From NCBI GenBank assembly GCA_017881725.1, contig JADGQO010000107.1:8456-72455 (forward strand): a DNA stretch of 64,000 nt, in the 5' to 3' direction. The notes under the pieces were generated by a model. That model saw only the letters and a program-made list of their open reading frames with translations. It ran no database searches and was not told the origin of the DNA. This DNA is from Fibrobacteria bacterium (GTDB lineage: Bacteria; Fibrobacterota; Fibrobacteria; UBA11236). Shown here in pieces: positions 1 through 9,768 of this stretch. Made by a program: the position numbers and the translations under genes. Position 1 is the stretch's first letter, and every line of letters starts with the position of its first letter.

Positions 1-2
1 CG

Positions 3-149
3 GAATGGCTGCATGCGGGATTATTTATCAGCCCGAAACATCCAAGTTACCCTGCGAATCAAGACAGAGAAAACATGCGCCGGTTTAAGGCTCCGCACAC
101 GGAAATTTACGAACGGGAAATTCTGGCGGCACGCTTTGCTTTAGTGTAA
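3..149 (+). CDS. Possible 3' end of an unidentified CDS entering from the left edge (partial)
   Basis: Frame 3 is open from the window edge to TAA 147-149 and reads ...MRRFKAPHTEIYEREILAARFALV*. The other frames are R-rich or stop earlier. No domain recognised. Confidence 0.25.
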   Translation, partial: EWLHAGLFISPKHPSYPANQDRENMRRFKAPHTEIYEREILAARFALV

Positions 150-199
150 GATATTAGCGATATCTAATCCATAAACTGACCAGAGGTCAGTCACTGACC
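149..199. promoter_or_regulatory. Operator-like inverted repeats upstream of the acyl-CoA dehydrogenase gene
   Basis: AGATAT-N5-ATATCT (149-165). Perfect palindrome ACTGACC-aga-GGTCAGT (175-191) plus a third ACTGACC half-site (193-199) abutting the GGAGGA SD (200-205) and ATG 212. Confidence 0.4.
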
Positions 200-211
200 G
201 GAGGAAGACGG

Positions 212-2122
212 ATGGCCGCGGAAACCAAGGACGGTAAAGAAGCAGAATTCGACATGAAAATTGACACCTCCAAGATGTCAAAGGAAAAGGCCGAGGCCAT
301 GCTCGTGGCCGAATCCAATCGGGAGGTGAAATGGGACAGTCCCAGCTTCGCCGGCGGCTTGTTCATGGGCCGGTTTCAACCCGAACTCATCACGCCCTAT
401 CCCGAACAAAACGCCGAGGACAAAGCCATCGGCGATAAATTGTGCAGCGAGGTGGGCATTTACCTGAAAGCCAACCTGGACGCGGACGAAGTCGACCGCA
501 CCCGGGAAGTGCCGAAAAAAGTCCTGGATTGGTTCACCACCAAGCGCATGTGGGCGATGAAAATCCCCAAGGAATACAACGGTCTGGGCCTATCGCAAGT
601 GAATTACAACCGCGTCATCGCCTTGGTGTCCTCCCATTGCGGCTCGACGGCCGTCTGGCTTTCGGCCCACCAAAGCATCGGCGTGCCGCAGCCGCTGAAA
701 CTGTTCGGCACACCCGAGCAAAAGCAAAAATGGCTGCCCCGTTTCGCCGACGGCGCGATCTCGGCTTTCGCATTGACGGAACCGAACGTCGGATCCGATC
801 CCGCGAAGATGTCCACGCATGCCGAGCCCACCGAGGATGGCAAGCACTATATCTTGAACGGCGTGAAACTGTGGTGCACCAACGGAACCACGGCGGACAT
901 CCTGGTCGTCATGGCCAAGACGCCTCCGAAAATCCGCAAGGGCAAGGAGATCACCCAGATTACGGCTTTCATCGTCGAGGCCAACATGCCAGGCGTCGAG
1001 GTGATGCATCGTTGCGACTTTATGGGCATCCGCGCCATCCATAACGGGCAATTGAAATTCACCAACGTGAAGGTTCCCGCCGAGAATATCATCCTGGGAC
1101 CGGGCAAGGGCCTGAAGCTCGCCTTAACCACGCTCAACACCGGCCGCCTAACCTTGCCCGCCGCTTGCGTGGGCATGGGTAAGCAATGCCTGAACATCGT
1201 CCGCAATTGGGCCAATGAACGCGTGCAATGGGGCCTGCCCATCGGCAAGCATGAGGCCATTGCCAACAAGATAGCCTACATGTCCTCCACGGTATTCGCC
1301 ATGGAAGCAACCACCTGGCTGGCCTCGGCCATGGCCGATCGCGGCGGTTACGACATTCGCATCGAAGCCGCCATGGCCAAGATGTTCTGTTCGGAACATG
1401 CTTGGAAAATCGTCGACGAGACCATGCAGATTCGCGGTGGACGAGGATACGAAACCGCGGATTCCCTGAAGGCGCGCGGTGAAAAGGCCGTCCCCGTGGA
1501 ACGCATGATGCGCGATTGCCGCATCAACCGCATCATCGAGGGCACGACGGAAATCATGCATCTCTTCCTGGCCCGCGAGGCCATGGATCCGCATATGCAG
1601 GTCGCGGCGGAAATCATGTTGAAGGTGCCGCTCGGCCAGAAAATCCGCGCCGGATTGAAGATGGCCAATTTTTATACCCGATGGTACCCGCAGCAATGGA
1701 TCAACTCCAGCGTCTTCCCGGGTTATTCGGAGTACGGCGCCAAACTTTCCCGGCATATGAATTACGTGGAGCGCACGGCGCATACCCTGGGCCGCAGCAT
1801 CTTCCACGCCATGGGGATGTATCAAAATTCCCTGGAACGCCGGCAAATGGTGTTGGCCAGATTCGTCGATATCGGAACGGATTTGTTCGCCATGGCGGCC
1901 ACCTGCGCGCGCGCCAAAATGCTACGGGATCGGGATTCGTCCAATCCGCATCCGGAACATCTGGCCAACTTCTTTTGCAAGGAAGCACGTCGCCGCGTGG
2001 AGGCAAGCTTTGCGGCCATTTCCGATAACGATGATCGGCAGGCCAACAAAATCGCCAAGTGCATGATGAACGGCGATTATAAATGGATGGAAGACGGAAT
2101 TATCCGCACTTACGAGGATTAA
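212..2122 (+). CDS. Very-long-chain-type acyl-CoA dehydrogenase (ACADVL/ACAD9-like, 636 aa)
   Basis: SFAGGLFMG...PYPE N-terminus, FALTEPNVGSDPAKM, LNGVKLWCTNG, RIIEGTTEIM and the long C-terminal extension typical of VLCAD-type enzymes. Good SD before the ATG. Confidence 0.9.
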   Translation: MAAETKDGKEAEFDMKIDTSKMSKEKAEAMLVAESNREVKWDSPSFAGGLFMGRFQPELITPYPEQNAEDKAIGDKLCSEVGIYLKANLDADEVDRTREVPKKVLDWFTTKRMWAMKIPKEYNGLGLSQVNYNRVIALVSSHCGSTAVWLSAHQSIGVPQPLKLFGTPEQKQKWLPRFADGAISAFALTEPNVGSDPAKMSTHAEPTEDGKHYILNGVKLWCTNGTTADILVVMAKTPPKIRKGKEITQITAFIVEANMPGVEVMHRCDFMGIRAIHNGQLKFTNVKVPAENIILGPGKGLKLALTTLNTGRLTLPAACVGMGKQCLNIVRNWANERVQWGLPIGKHEAIANKIAYMSSTVFAMEATTWLASAMADRGGYDIRIEAAMAKMFCSEHAWKIVDETMQIRGGRGYETADSLKARGEKAVPVERMMRDCRINRIIEGTTEIMHLFLAREAMDPHMQVAAEIMLKVPLGQKIRAGLKMANFYTRWYPQQWINSSVFPGYSEYGAKLSRHMNYVERTAHTLGRSIFHAMGMYQNSLERRQMVLARFVDIGTDLFAMAATCARAKMLRDRDSSNPHPEHLANFFCKEARRRVEASFAAISDNDDRQANKIAKCMMNGDYKWMEDGIIRTYED

Positions 2123-2136
2123 AGTCGTCACCTGAG

Positions 2137-2169
2137 AAATCCAGCGCCGCCGAGGCGAGGGATTTTTTT
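2137..2169 (+). terminator. Rho-independent terminator after the acyl-CoA dehydrogenase gene
   Basis: Two-tier hairpin AAAUCC..(CGCC-GCCGA-GGCG)..GGAUUU followed by a U-run (2163-2169), 15 nt after the stop codon. Confidence 0.7.
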
Positions 2170-2200
2170 GGGAGCCCCTGCGGACTTTTTCAACGCCCTT

Positions 2201-2479
2201 CTAAAGATTCAAATCGTCCTGATGGCGTTTATGGAAGCGCCTGCGCATCCATTCGCTTGCGAGCAAGGGTAACACCGCCGCTACCAGTAACAAATTATAA
2301 TGGGCAGCCAAGGGATCGGGCAATAGGGTCGGAATCAGGTCTCCCCCGTATCCATCCGACAGCACGGGGCGGAATTTGTTGATCAAGGCGAAAACCGGAA
2401 AAATCCCCATCAGACTTTGCCACAAAACCCAGCGCGAATGCACGCGTTTAAGCCGCATCACTTCGTCCAACCCTTTCAT
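2201..2479 (-). CDS. Small hypothetical membrane protein (about 92 aa from the internal ATG)
   Basis: Two hydrophobic segments (WVLWQSLMGIFPVFALI, YNLLLVAAVLPLLA). ATG at 2479 is preceded by AGGAA. No recognisable family. Confidence 0.35.
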   Translation of the reverse strand: MKGLDEVMRLKRVHSRWVLWQSLMGIFPVFALINKFRPVLSDGYGGDLIPTLLPDPLAAHYNLLLVAAVLPLLASEWMRRRFHKRHQDDLNL

Positions 2480-2694
2480 CGCTTCGTTCCTATTTCCACA
2501 TCGACGTCGGCCGCATCGGGGACCGCCAAAGATTTTCCAATACATTCGGAATCCAAAGGGAAAGCGTCACCGACAGCCAGAGACGCACCAGCATGACCGA
2601 TGGCAGGCACATCAGATCATCCAGGTCGTTAGCATATTGCATGAGCAAAACATACTTGTACGAGCGGAAGCGGCCCAGGTATTATCTTTACCGC

Positions 2695-4389
2695 ATGATC
2701 GTTTCGATTAAATCCCGTTCCTTCCGTCGCTGCCTGGTGTTCCCCTTTTTTGGAATCATGGTCTTCGACGTAGCCCGCGCCACGCCCGTCGATGTCGCTA
2801 ATCCGGTGTACCCCTTCCTGCGCCGACTGGAGATGGAAGGTCGCGTTCAATCCGGTTTTTTGGGAACCCTGCCCATGGCTAAATCGGACGTGGAACGAAT
2901 GTTGAATGAAGCGGCCGTCCAGGAAGAATCTCTTCCGGGATGGGAGCGCATCAGGCTGGATGCCTATTGCCGAGAATTCGGCGCCGCGCCCGAAGACTCC
3001 GTCCGCTACAAACGGATTAAGTATGCGGACTCGAATTTCACCGTGCGGATCTCGGGAGATTTTTTCTCCGAAGTGGATTTGTCGGATTCCTTGCCGCATG
3101 CGCGAAGCCTTGGATTCGGATTCCTATCCGGAACCGTGGAGGCGGACTATCACCAGCGCCTGCAGTTCATTTCCAATGCGGGACTGGGCCAGGAGCGCAG
3201 CTTGCACGAACGGTTTACGGAAAACTATGATCCCGCCAAAGGCCTATCCTACAATACGGACCGCGAAGGAAAAGCCGGGATCCCGAGAACGGTCAGCTCC
3301 ATGGACGGCTTCCGGACCGTTGCCGGCTACGAAGATCCGGGCCTCCGCATCGAATTCGGCACGGATTGGAACCAATGGGGCCCGGGAATTTGGCAACATG
3401 CGTTCCTCTCGCAAAAGCCTTGGTTTTGGGTGCAAGACTCATTGCCCGCCAGCGATTCGACGGGTTTTAAAGGAACGCCGTATCCTGGACGTTACCGTAT
3501 CGGCTATAGGACTCCAGGTGAGACCGCCCCCATGCCCCAATTCCGCATGAGTTTTCAGATGGGGAAGTTTTCCTATACCAAGGTGGTGGCCCAGCGTACG
3601 GGACTTTGGCAGGATACAATGGCTACGCTCATCGCGCATCGCCTCGAAATCAAACCCCTGCCGACCTTCACCTTGGGCTTGCAGGAGTTGGCGGTATCCT
3701 CAGGCCGGCCGATAGACTGGATGTACGTCGTTCCGCTGGTTCCCATCAAATTTGCCGAACATGCTTTGGGCGACCGCGATAATATCGCGCTGGGATTCGA
3801 TATGAATTGGACGATGCCGCGTCACGGCCGTCTCTATGGAGAATTATTAATCGATGATTTCAGCGGCTGGGATCTGGATTTTTGGGGCGATAAATACGCG
3901 TTCAGCGTCGGTGGAGAAATACTTGGCATCCCCCATCTGGGAGCCTCGCTGTTCCAACTGGAATATGCGCGCGTTGAGCCATGGGTCTTTACCCATTATC
4001 AATCCAACACCCAACTTCAACATTTCGGCGCGTTGCTGGGAAGTTCCCTGCCGCCGGATTCGCACGCTTTGCACGGAGCCTGGGAGCTTCCCCTGCGCGC
4101 TGATCTGACGGTACATGCGGAATATGCGCTGATGCAACGCTCCGTGGCTGCGCGCGGGGCGTCGGTATTCGACTTCCACCAAGCCGCCGTGGACGGCACG
4201 CGAAAAGTCTTTCTTGACGGGACCGTGGAGACACGGCAAGCAGCTGCATTTGGCGCAGAGTGGCAATGGGACCGATTCGCGACCTTAAAAGCCGAGTTGG
4301 GCTATCTCACAGTGGAAAATTGGAAAAGCGTGGCGGGAAAATCCCTGGACACGCCGACGGCGTCCTTCGCGATTGATTTACGTTATTAA
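2695..4389 (+). CDS. Wzi-like capsule-assembly outer-membrane beta-barrel protein
   Basis: Signal peptide from ATG 2695 (MIVSIKSRSFRRCLVFPFFGIMVFDVARA). N-terminal YPFLRRLEMEGRV helix motif as in the Wzi family. Beta-rich with an aromatic C-terminus (...AIDLRY). Confidence 0.6.
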   Translation: MIVSIKSRSFRRCLVFPFFGIMVFDVARATPVDVANPVYPFLRRLEMEGRVQSGFLGTLPMAKSDVERMLNEAAVQEESLPGWERIRLDAYCREFGAAPEDSVRYKRIKYADSNFTVRISGDFFSEVDLSDSLPHARSLGFGFLSGTVEADYHQRLQFISNAGLGQERSLHERFTENYDPAKGLSYNTDREGKAGIPRTVSSMDGFRTVAGYEDPGLRIEFGTDWNQWGPGIWQHAFLSQKPWFWVQDSLPASDSTGFKGTPYPGRYRIGYRTPGETAPMPQFRMSFQMGKFSYTKVVAQRTGLWQDTMATLIAHRLEIKPLPTFTLGLQELAVSSGRPIDWMYVVPLVPIKFAEHALGDRDNIALGFDMNWTMPRHGRLYGELLIDDFSGWDLDFWGDKYAFSVGGEILGIPHLGASLFQLEYARVEPWVFTHYQSNTQLQHFGALLGSSLPPDSHALHGAWELPLRADLTVHAEYALMQRSVAARGASVFDFHQAAVDGTRKVFLDGTVETRQAAAFGAEWQWDRFATLKAELGYLTVENWKSVAGKSLDTPTASFAIDLRY

Positions 4390-4405
4390 GCGTGCAACGG
4401 AAGCG

Positions 4406-5854
4406 TCATTCCGAGACTTTGGTCCCGGGCAAAACCGCCTCCATGAACAAGGGAGGGTGGCGTTTGCCCGACGAATACAATATTCCCAAGGTATGGTTGA
4501 GGTCGTCCCAGGGCGTCAGCACCCTGAGCTTGCCGGATCCGTTGGGGTCGATGCGAAGCAATAAATAGTGGAGCGCGGTAAGATCCACTTCCGCTAACGG
4601 CCTGAGGGGAGTATACATCCACTCTTCCCCGACACGCAGCTTGGCAAGCAAGTCCATTTCCACCAGAGGATCGGCCAACGCCTCCGTCGACGCTTCGTCG
4701 TCCCAAAGATCTGCGGCTAATCTTTTTAACGACACCGGCTCCAGCTTTTCCGATCCTTTGGAATCGGACAAAGTATGGACGGCCCGCAACAAGGCGAAGA
4801 CTTCCTTTTCCATATGGTGGAAGGCGTTTACGCGCTCCGTAGCCGCTTCCTTTCCATTCTCATCGCGATAAAGCCTTTGGTAAACAAATCCCACCGCCGC
4901 GCCATATAAAACGATGGTCCAAAACAGGTAGATCATCAACAAGACAACCGGGAAAATCGCGAGCGATCCGTAAATGAAATTGTTTCGCGACAGGAAAAGA
5001 CTCGGAAATAGGATCAACGCGCGCGTGAGTCCAAAAATCGCCGCCGTGGAAATTGAGGCCGCCAGCATGGCCGGAAACTTCCGGACCCTGGTGTTCGGGA
5101 TGATATAAAACAGAAGGACCATGCCCAGCCAAACGAATCCGACGATGCAAACCGTGCTGAGGAAAAAAATCGTGGAATGCATGAAGCCCGGAAGCGGACT
5201 ATGGGAAAATTTCGCATCCAACATAGACCTGTATTTCAAAATCACGTTGCCGGCCGCGATAACCAGAACGATGAGCAGCACCAGAAAAGGCGTGAATTCG
5301 CGGATACGCCGCCACCAATTGCGCTTCTTGCGGATATCCCAGATATGGTCCATGGCCAATTCGATATTGCTCATGGAAAGGAAAAAGGTAAACAGCAGCC
5401 CCAAGCTGCCTACGAGTCCCAGCTTGTGAAAATCCAATTTCTGAGCATAGTCAATCACGCTCAGAATCGGATCAAGATTTAAATCCAGATTCATCGAGTC
5501 GACCAGGGAAAAAATCAGGCGGGAAAGCAAATCCAAATACCCGAAATGCCCCGCAACGGCCGAGAGAATGACGGCGAAGGGCACGAAAGAAAGAATGGAA
5601 GTATATGTTAAAGCGCTGGCACGCACCGGGATTTGATTGACGGGAAAACTCATCCCGGCCAAAACCAAAACTCTGATCAGCCGGGCCGGAAACTGGCGCG
5701 TCCAACGGATATTTTGATCGCCTCCAACGCTCTGGAGCCTCGCCAAAACGGCAAGCCCGAGGCTCGAAACTTTTTTGACAATGGGCGTCAAATAGGCATT
5801 TACGAAGTCCAGCGTCTTGGATTTACTAGTTTTATCGATCAAGCTTTGGCCCAA
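4406..5854 (-). CDS. YihY/BrkB-family inner-membrane protein with a C-terminal soluble extension
   Basis: ASALTYTSILSFVPFAVIL signature and six or more TM segments, then about 170 aa of soluble tail. The track start is TTG, so the true start is uncertain. Confidence 0.8.
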   Translation of the reverse strand: MGQSLIDKTSKSKTLDFVNAYLTPIVKKVSSLGLAVLARLQSVGGDQNIRWTRQFPARLIRVLVLAGMSFPVNQIPVRASALTYTSILSFVPFAVILSAVAGHFGYLDLLSRLIFSLVDSMNLDLNLDPILSVIDYAQKLDFHKLGLVGSLGLLFTFFLSMSNIELAMDHIWDIRKKRNWWRRIREFTPFLVLLIVLVIAAGNVILKYRSMLDAKFSHSPLPGFMHSTIFFLSTVCIVGFVWLGMVLLFYIIPNTRVRKFPAMLAASISTAAIFGLTRALILFPSLFLSRNNFIYGSLAIFPVVLLMIYLFWTIVLYGAAVGFVYQRLYRDENGKEAATERVNAFHHMEKEVFALLRAVHTLSDSKGSEKLEPVSLKRLAADLWDDEASTEALADPLVEMDLLAKLRVGEEWMYTPLRPLAEVDLTALHYLLLRIDPNGSGKLRVLTPWDDLNHTLGILYSSGKRHPPLFMEAVLPGTKVSE

Positions 5855-5882
5855 GAAGACTGTCGCCGACAGACATGGTATC

Positions 5883-7229
5883 GTGCTCAGGATTCACTCA
5901 TTGAAAATAGTCAAAACCCAATGCCTTGCGCTATGTTCGGCGCTTACCATACTTTGCGTATTCGGTTTCAATCGGTCCTTGCTTGCCTCAGATTTCTCCG
6001 GTGGTTCGGATACGGCCTCTCTCGCAGCGGACGGTTCCGCATTATATAAGGACGTTTCCACCGACCAAAGCCGCCTGGCGCACCGCGCCATGCGACAAGC
6101 CTATTCCGGAAATCCCAAACACGCTCGCAAAACTTTAGACGCCCTGCGCGATCTGGAGACGGCCAAACGCCTGCCGCCCTTGAGCTATTTGTTGTCCATG
6201 GCCATCGACGTGATGCGCTATCAAAACGGTGATTTCGAGGACGAGGACGAGGAAAAAACCATTCTCAAATCCATCGAGGGCGCCGCCGAGCAAGGCGCGT
6301 TCCTCTGCAAACAAACGTTGGAGAAAACGCCGCAGCATCCCACCTATTTACTGATTCTCGGAGGCATTCGCGGTTTTCAGGCCACCTTAAAAATCCACTC
6401 GAATCCCAGCCAAGCCATGAGCGACGGGTTCCAGGCCTTGAAGTTGCTTGAAAAGGCGCATGAACAAGATCCGCGAGTGCGTGACAGTTATCTCGGCACC
6501 GGAATTTTCAATTGCACCGCCGCCAATGCCCCCTTGTTCGTCAGGGCCAGTTTGAAAATCATCGGGCGCAGCGTGAACGTCAAAGCTGGCTTGGACGGGC
6601 TGCGCATCAGCGGATACCAGGGCCAGTACACGACCATCGCCAGCCAATTGTTCCTGATTCAATTCCTCTCTCCATATGACGATGAGCCACGCCGCGAAAA
6701 GCGGGAAATTTTTCGAAGCCTGGAATCCACCTTCCCCAAAAACGCATTTTTTTCTTTCATGAAAAGCGACGAAGCGTTGTGCTTTTACCCGGACAGTTTT
6801 TATTCACGGGCCAATCGCGTCGCCCTGGCCGCACGCATCAACGGATTCGCCATGCAGGATTTCACCACGCGTCGTTACGCCCAGTTGGCCCGTTACCAAT
6901 ACACTTTGCTCGATCCGAATCCCGAGAAACGCCTGATGCCCGATTCGACTTTTGAATTGCGGGATTACTCCTTTTATCCCGTGTTCGTGGAGGCGTTGCG
7001 GTTCCGGCGGCAAACCGAGGACACCTTGGGCGCCGGTGAAAAGCCCTCGGCCGAAGCCATGGCGCAGATGAAATCCTGGAAGGATTCGTGCCTGGCCTTG
7101 GTGGATGAAGCGCCCATGAATCCGACGCGAAAAAGATATTATCGCTGGCACGTCACCGACGCGTTACGGTGGCCAAGTCGGAGGGACCGGTCGCCCGGAG
7201 ACAGGGCGGAACCGACCACGGCGCGGTGA
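5883..7229 (+). CDS. Secreted hypothetical protein (helical, TPR-like)
   Basis: Long ORF with codon bias. The track start is TTG 5817 and overlaps the yihY start. GTG 5883 gives signal peptide LRIHSLKIVKTQCLALCSALTILCVFGF..LLA. No family recognised. Confidence 0.55.
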   Translation: MLRIHSLKIVKTQCLALCSALTILCVFGFNRSLLASDFSGGSDTASLAADGSALYKDVSTDQSRLAHRAMRQAYSGNPKHARKTLDALRDLETAKRLPPLSYLLSMAIDVMRYQNGDFEDEDEEKTILKSIEGAAEQGAFLCKQTLEKTPQHPTYLLILGGIRGFQATLKIHSNPSQAMSDGFQALKLLEKAHEQDPRVRDSYLGTGIFNCTAANAPLFVRASLKIIGRSVNVKAGLDGLRISGYQGQYTTIASQLFLIQFLSPYDDEPRREKREIFRSLESTFPKNAFFSFMKSDEALCFYPDSFYSRANRVALAARINGFAMQDFTTRRYAQLARYQYTLLDPNPEKRLMPDSTFELRDYSFYPVFVEALRFRRQTEDTLGAGEKPSAEAMAQMKSWKDSCLALVDEAPMNPTRKRYYRWHVTDALRWPSRRDRSPGDRAEPTTAR

Positions 7230-7291
7230 AATGCCTTTAACAGGGTGTTGTGGAACTCCTCGGGGGCGCTGTGTCGGCACGGGTCGACGCG

Positions 7292-7311
7292 GCCCAGCGC
7301 AGGCTGGGCTT
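7292..7311 (+). terminator. Candidate terminator hairpin between convergent genes
   Basis: GCCCAGC-GCAG-GCUGGGC stem-loop followed by UUGAAUUUAU. Lies between stop 7229 (+) and stop 7316 (-). Confidence 0.45.
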
Positions 7312-7315
7312 GAAT

Positions 7316-9643
7316 TTATCGGGTCGGATATTCCACACGAAGAAAATCGTAGCTTTGCCGCCAGTCCACTCCCGATCCGGTTAAGCCGGGAAGCAACGCC
7401 GTCTCCAAAGCCGTCCTCTCCTGGATGGACAATTCCCGTTGGAATAAGGCCAACAACGAACCGGGTCTTTGCGCGACTTCGGGGGAAAACCAGCCGCGCA
7501 CCTGGCTAGGTAAAAAATGGCGGCGTACGGTGTAATCGCGCGTCGTCAAGACCGGAGTTGGGATGCTTTTTTCCGTGGCGGTCCCGGTATCCGGCGGAGT
7601 CGCGGCCAAGTGATTCCGATCCTCCTTGCGCCCCGGCCATTCCCCAAGCAGCGCTTCCAAAGCACCAGCGGGTAAGGATGCGCGCCAAGCGCGTTCCAAT
7701 CGCCGGATTCGCTCCGCGAAGATCGCGTCCGTGGTCTTCGGCAAGAGATCGATAAATCCCTGGGATCGGGCTGCGTTCAAGGAAGCGATGACCAGGCGGG
7801 CCTTCGATGCGGCGAATCGGGACATGGATTGAATCCATTCCGCCAGAAATGCTCCCGAAGAGAGCCCGTGTATGGATACGTTTTCCCAGCGAAGATCCAA
7901 CCCCAACAATACGTCGAAGCGCGGAGGTTCGGAACCTTCAGCAAGTGACTTCGGAAGGACCTCCCAGGCCCCAGTCACCATTTGGGGCCGAGTTAATATT
8001 TCCATGTGGCGCGCCCAATCTTCCATGGCTTTGCGCCCAGCCTCATTTTCGCAGCGCGTCCAGACTCCGCCTACGGAACAAATCCGGCAGGCTTCCCAAG
8101 TCAAAAAACCGGTGCCGCCGCTCATGTCGAGAACCAGGCTGTCCCGTTGCGCTCCCGCCAATCGGAATATCTCCTGCCTCGCCAGCTTGAGGATTTCCCC
8201 GGTGCGATCCGCCGCCCGATCCAACCAGGCCGTGGACGCCTTCCCGTGACGTGACTTGGACGTTACGCTGGAATTTTTGGGATCCTCCGCCTCGTTACGG
8301 GTCCGTTCCGCCGCTTCCAATTGCGCTTCCCGGTTACGGGCGACTCTCGCCTTAACGGCCTCTTCATAACCCGTTTCGCCGGGCTGGTAAAAAACCTTGC
8401 CTTGTAGGGATCCCGGCAAGTATTGCTGGGCCACCCAATGGTCGCGGTAGGCATGTGGATAGAGATAGCCCTTGCCATGTCCGAAGTCGTCACCGTCGCG
8501 GCCGCCGTCCTTGAGGGGATTGGGCACTTCGTCCTGTTGCTCCGTGCGCACGGCTTCCAGGGCGTCGAAATAAGCCATGGCGCTGTTGCTTTTGGGCGCC
8601 GTCGCCAAGTACAGACAGGCTTGGGAAAGATGGAACTGCCCTTCCGGCAACCCCACGTAATCGTAAGCCTGCGCTGCGGCATAGACTACACCGAGGGCAG
8701 CCGGATCGGCCAAACCAACGTCCTCGCTGGCGAGAATGAGCATGCGCCGAAAAATGAAACGCGGATCTTCACCGGCATAGACCATTTTGGAAAGCCAATA
8801 TAAGGATGCGTCCGGATCCGAACCGCGCACGGATTTGATGAACGCTGAGATGGTATCGTAATGGGAATCCCCATCCTTATCATATAGCACCGCGCGCCGC
8901 TGGATGCTTTCTTCAGCCTCGGCCAACCCGATTCGGATCACCCCGTCTTCCCCTTGCGGAGTGGTTTCCACGGCCAGCTCCAGGGCGTTCAGCGCGCTGC
9001 GCGCGTCCCCCGAAGCGATGGCCACGATATGATCCAGGGCTTCGCGGGCGATTTCCACTTTCCGTCCGCCATACCCGCGCTCACTGTCGACCAAGGTAGC
9101 CAGGACCACGCGGCGAACGTCGTCGGCCTCCAAACGCTTCAACTGGAAAATCCGGGAACGGGAAACCAAGGCCTTGTTCACTTCGAAATACGGATTCTCG
9201 GTAGTCGCGCCAATCAGGATTAAAGTGCCGTTCTCAACATGCGGCAGCAAAGCGTCCTGTTGGGCTTTGTTGAACCGATGTACCTCGTCGACGAAAAGAA
9301 TGGTTCGCTGGCCTGCCTCCTGCCGCACAACTCGCGCCGTTTCAATGGACTCGCGAATATCCTTTACGCCCGCCAAGACGGCGTTGATGGCCAAAAACCG
9401 GGCCCGGGTTGAATTGGCAATGATTTGCGCCAAGGTGGTTTTTCCCGTGCCGGGGGGGCCGTACAACAAAATGGATCCCAATTGATCGGCCTGGATGGCC
9501 CGGCGAAGCAATCGCCCAGGACCGATAATATGCTCCTGCCCGATGAATTCATCCAGAGTGCGGGGCCGCATCCGCGCGGCTAAGGGAGAGTCCTTTTCGA
9601 GGGGCTTGATGCCATCAGAATTTTTGGATTCCCGCGCAGTCAT
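7316..9643 (-). CDS. rarA: Replication-associated recombination protein A (RarA/MgsA AAA+ ATPase) fused to a C-terminal methyltransferase-like domain of about 320 aa
   Basis: LYGPPGTGKTT Walker A, ILFVDEVHRFNK Walker B/sensor and GATTENPYFEVN are typical RarA. After about residue 478 the extension carries VLDMSGGTGFLTWEA (SAM-MTase motif I-like). Start taken at ATG 9643; the track start 9712 is TTG. Confidence 0.9.
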   Translation of the reverse strand: MTARESKNSDGIKPLEKDSPLAARMRPRTLDEFIGQEHIIGPGRLLRRAIQADQLGSILLYGPPGTGKTTLAQIIANSTRARFLAINAVLAGVKDIRESIETARVVRQEAGQRTILFVDEVHRFNKAQQDALLPHVENGTLILIGATTENPYFEVNKALVSRSRIFQLKRLEADDVRRVVLATLVDSERGYGGRKVEIAREALDHIVAIASGDARSALNALELAVETTPQGEDGVIRIGLAEAEESIQRRAVLYDKDGDSHYDTISAFIKSVRGSDPDASLYWLSKMVYAGEDPRFIFRRMLILASEDVGLADPAALGVVYAAAQAYDYVGLPEGQFHLSQACLYLATAPKSNSAMAYFDALEAVRTEQQDEVPNPLKDGGRDGDDFGHGKGYLYPHAYRDHWVAQQYLPGSLQGKVFYQPGETGYEEAVKARVARNREAQLEAAERTRNEAEDPKNSSVTSKSRHGKASTAWLDRAADRTGEILKLARQEIFRLAGAQRDSLVLDMSGGTGFLTWEACRICSVGGVWTRCENEAGRKAMEDWARHMEILTRPQMVTGAWEVLPKSLAEGSEPPRFDVLLGLDLRWENVSIHGLSSGAFLAEWIQSMSRFAASKARLVIASLNAARSQGFIDLLPKTTDAIFAERIRRLERAWRASLPAGALEALLGEWPGRKEDRNHLAATPPDTGTATEKSIPTPVLTTRDYTVRRHFLPSQVRGWFSPEVAQRPGSLLALFQRELSIQERTALETALLPGLTGSGVDWRQSYDFLRVEYPTR

Positions 9644-9768
9644 CTGCGGATAAAAATAGCTAATAAGCTTCGACGGCAAAGGAACGGGCCCGTTAAGAAA
9701 AAAGTGGAGCAAAGGACCATGCCCGCGACAGCCTTTGTCCCAGATCCCGTATATTGTAAATTTCTGAT

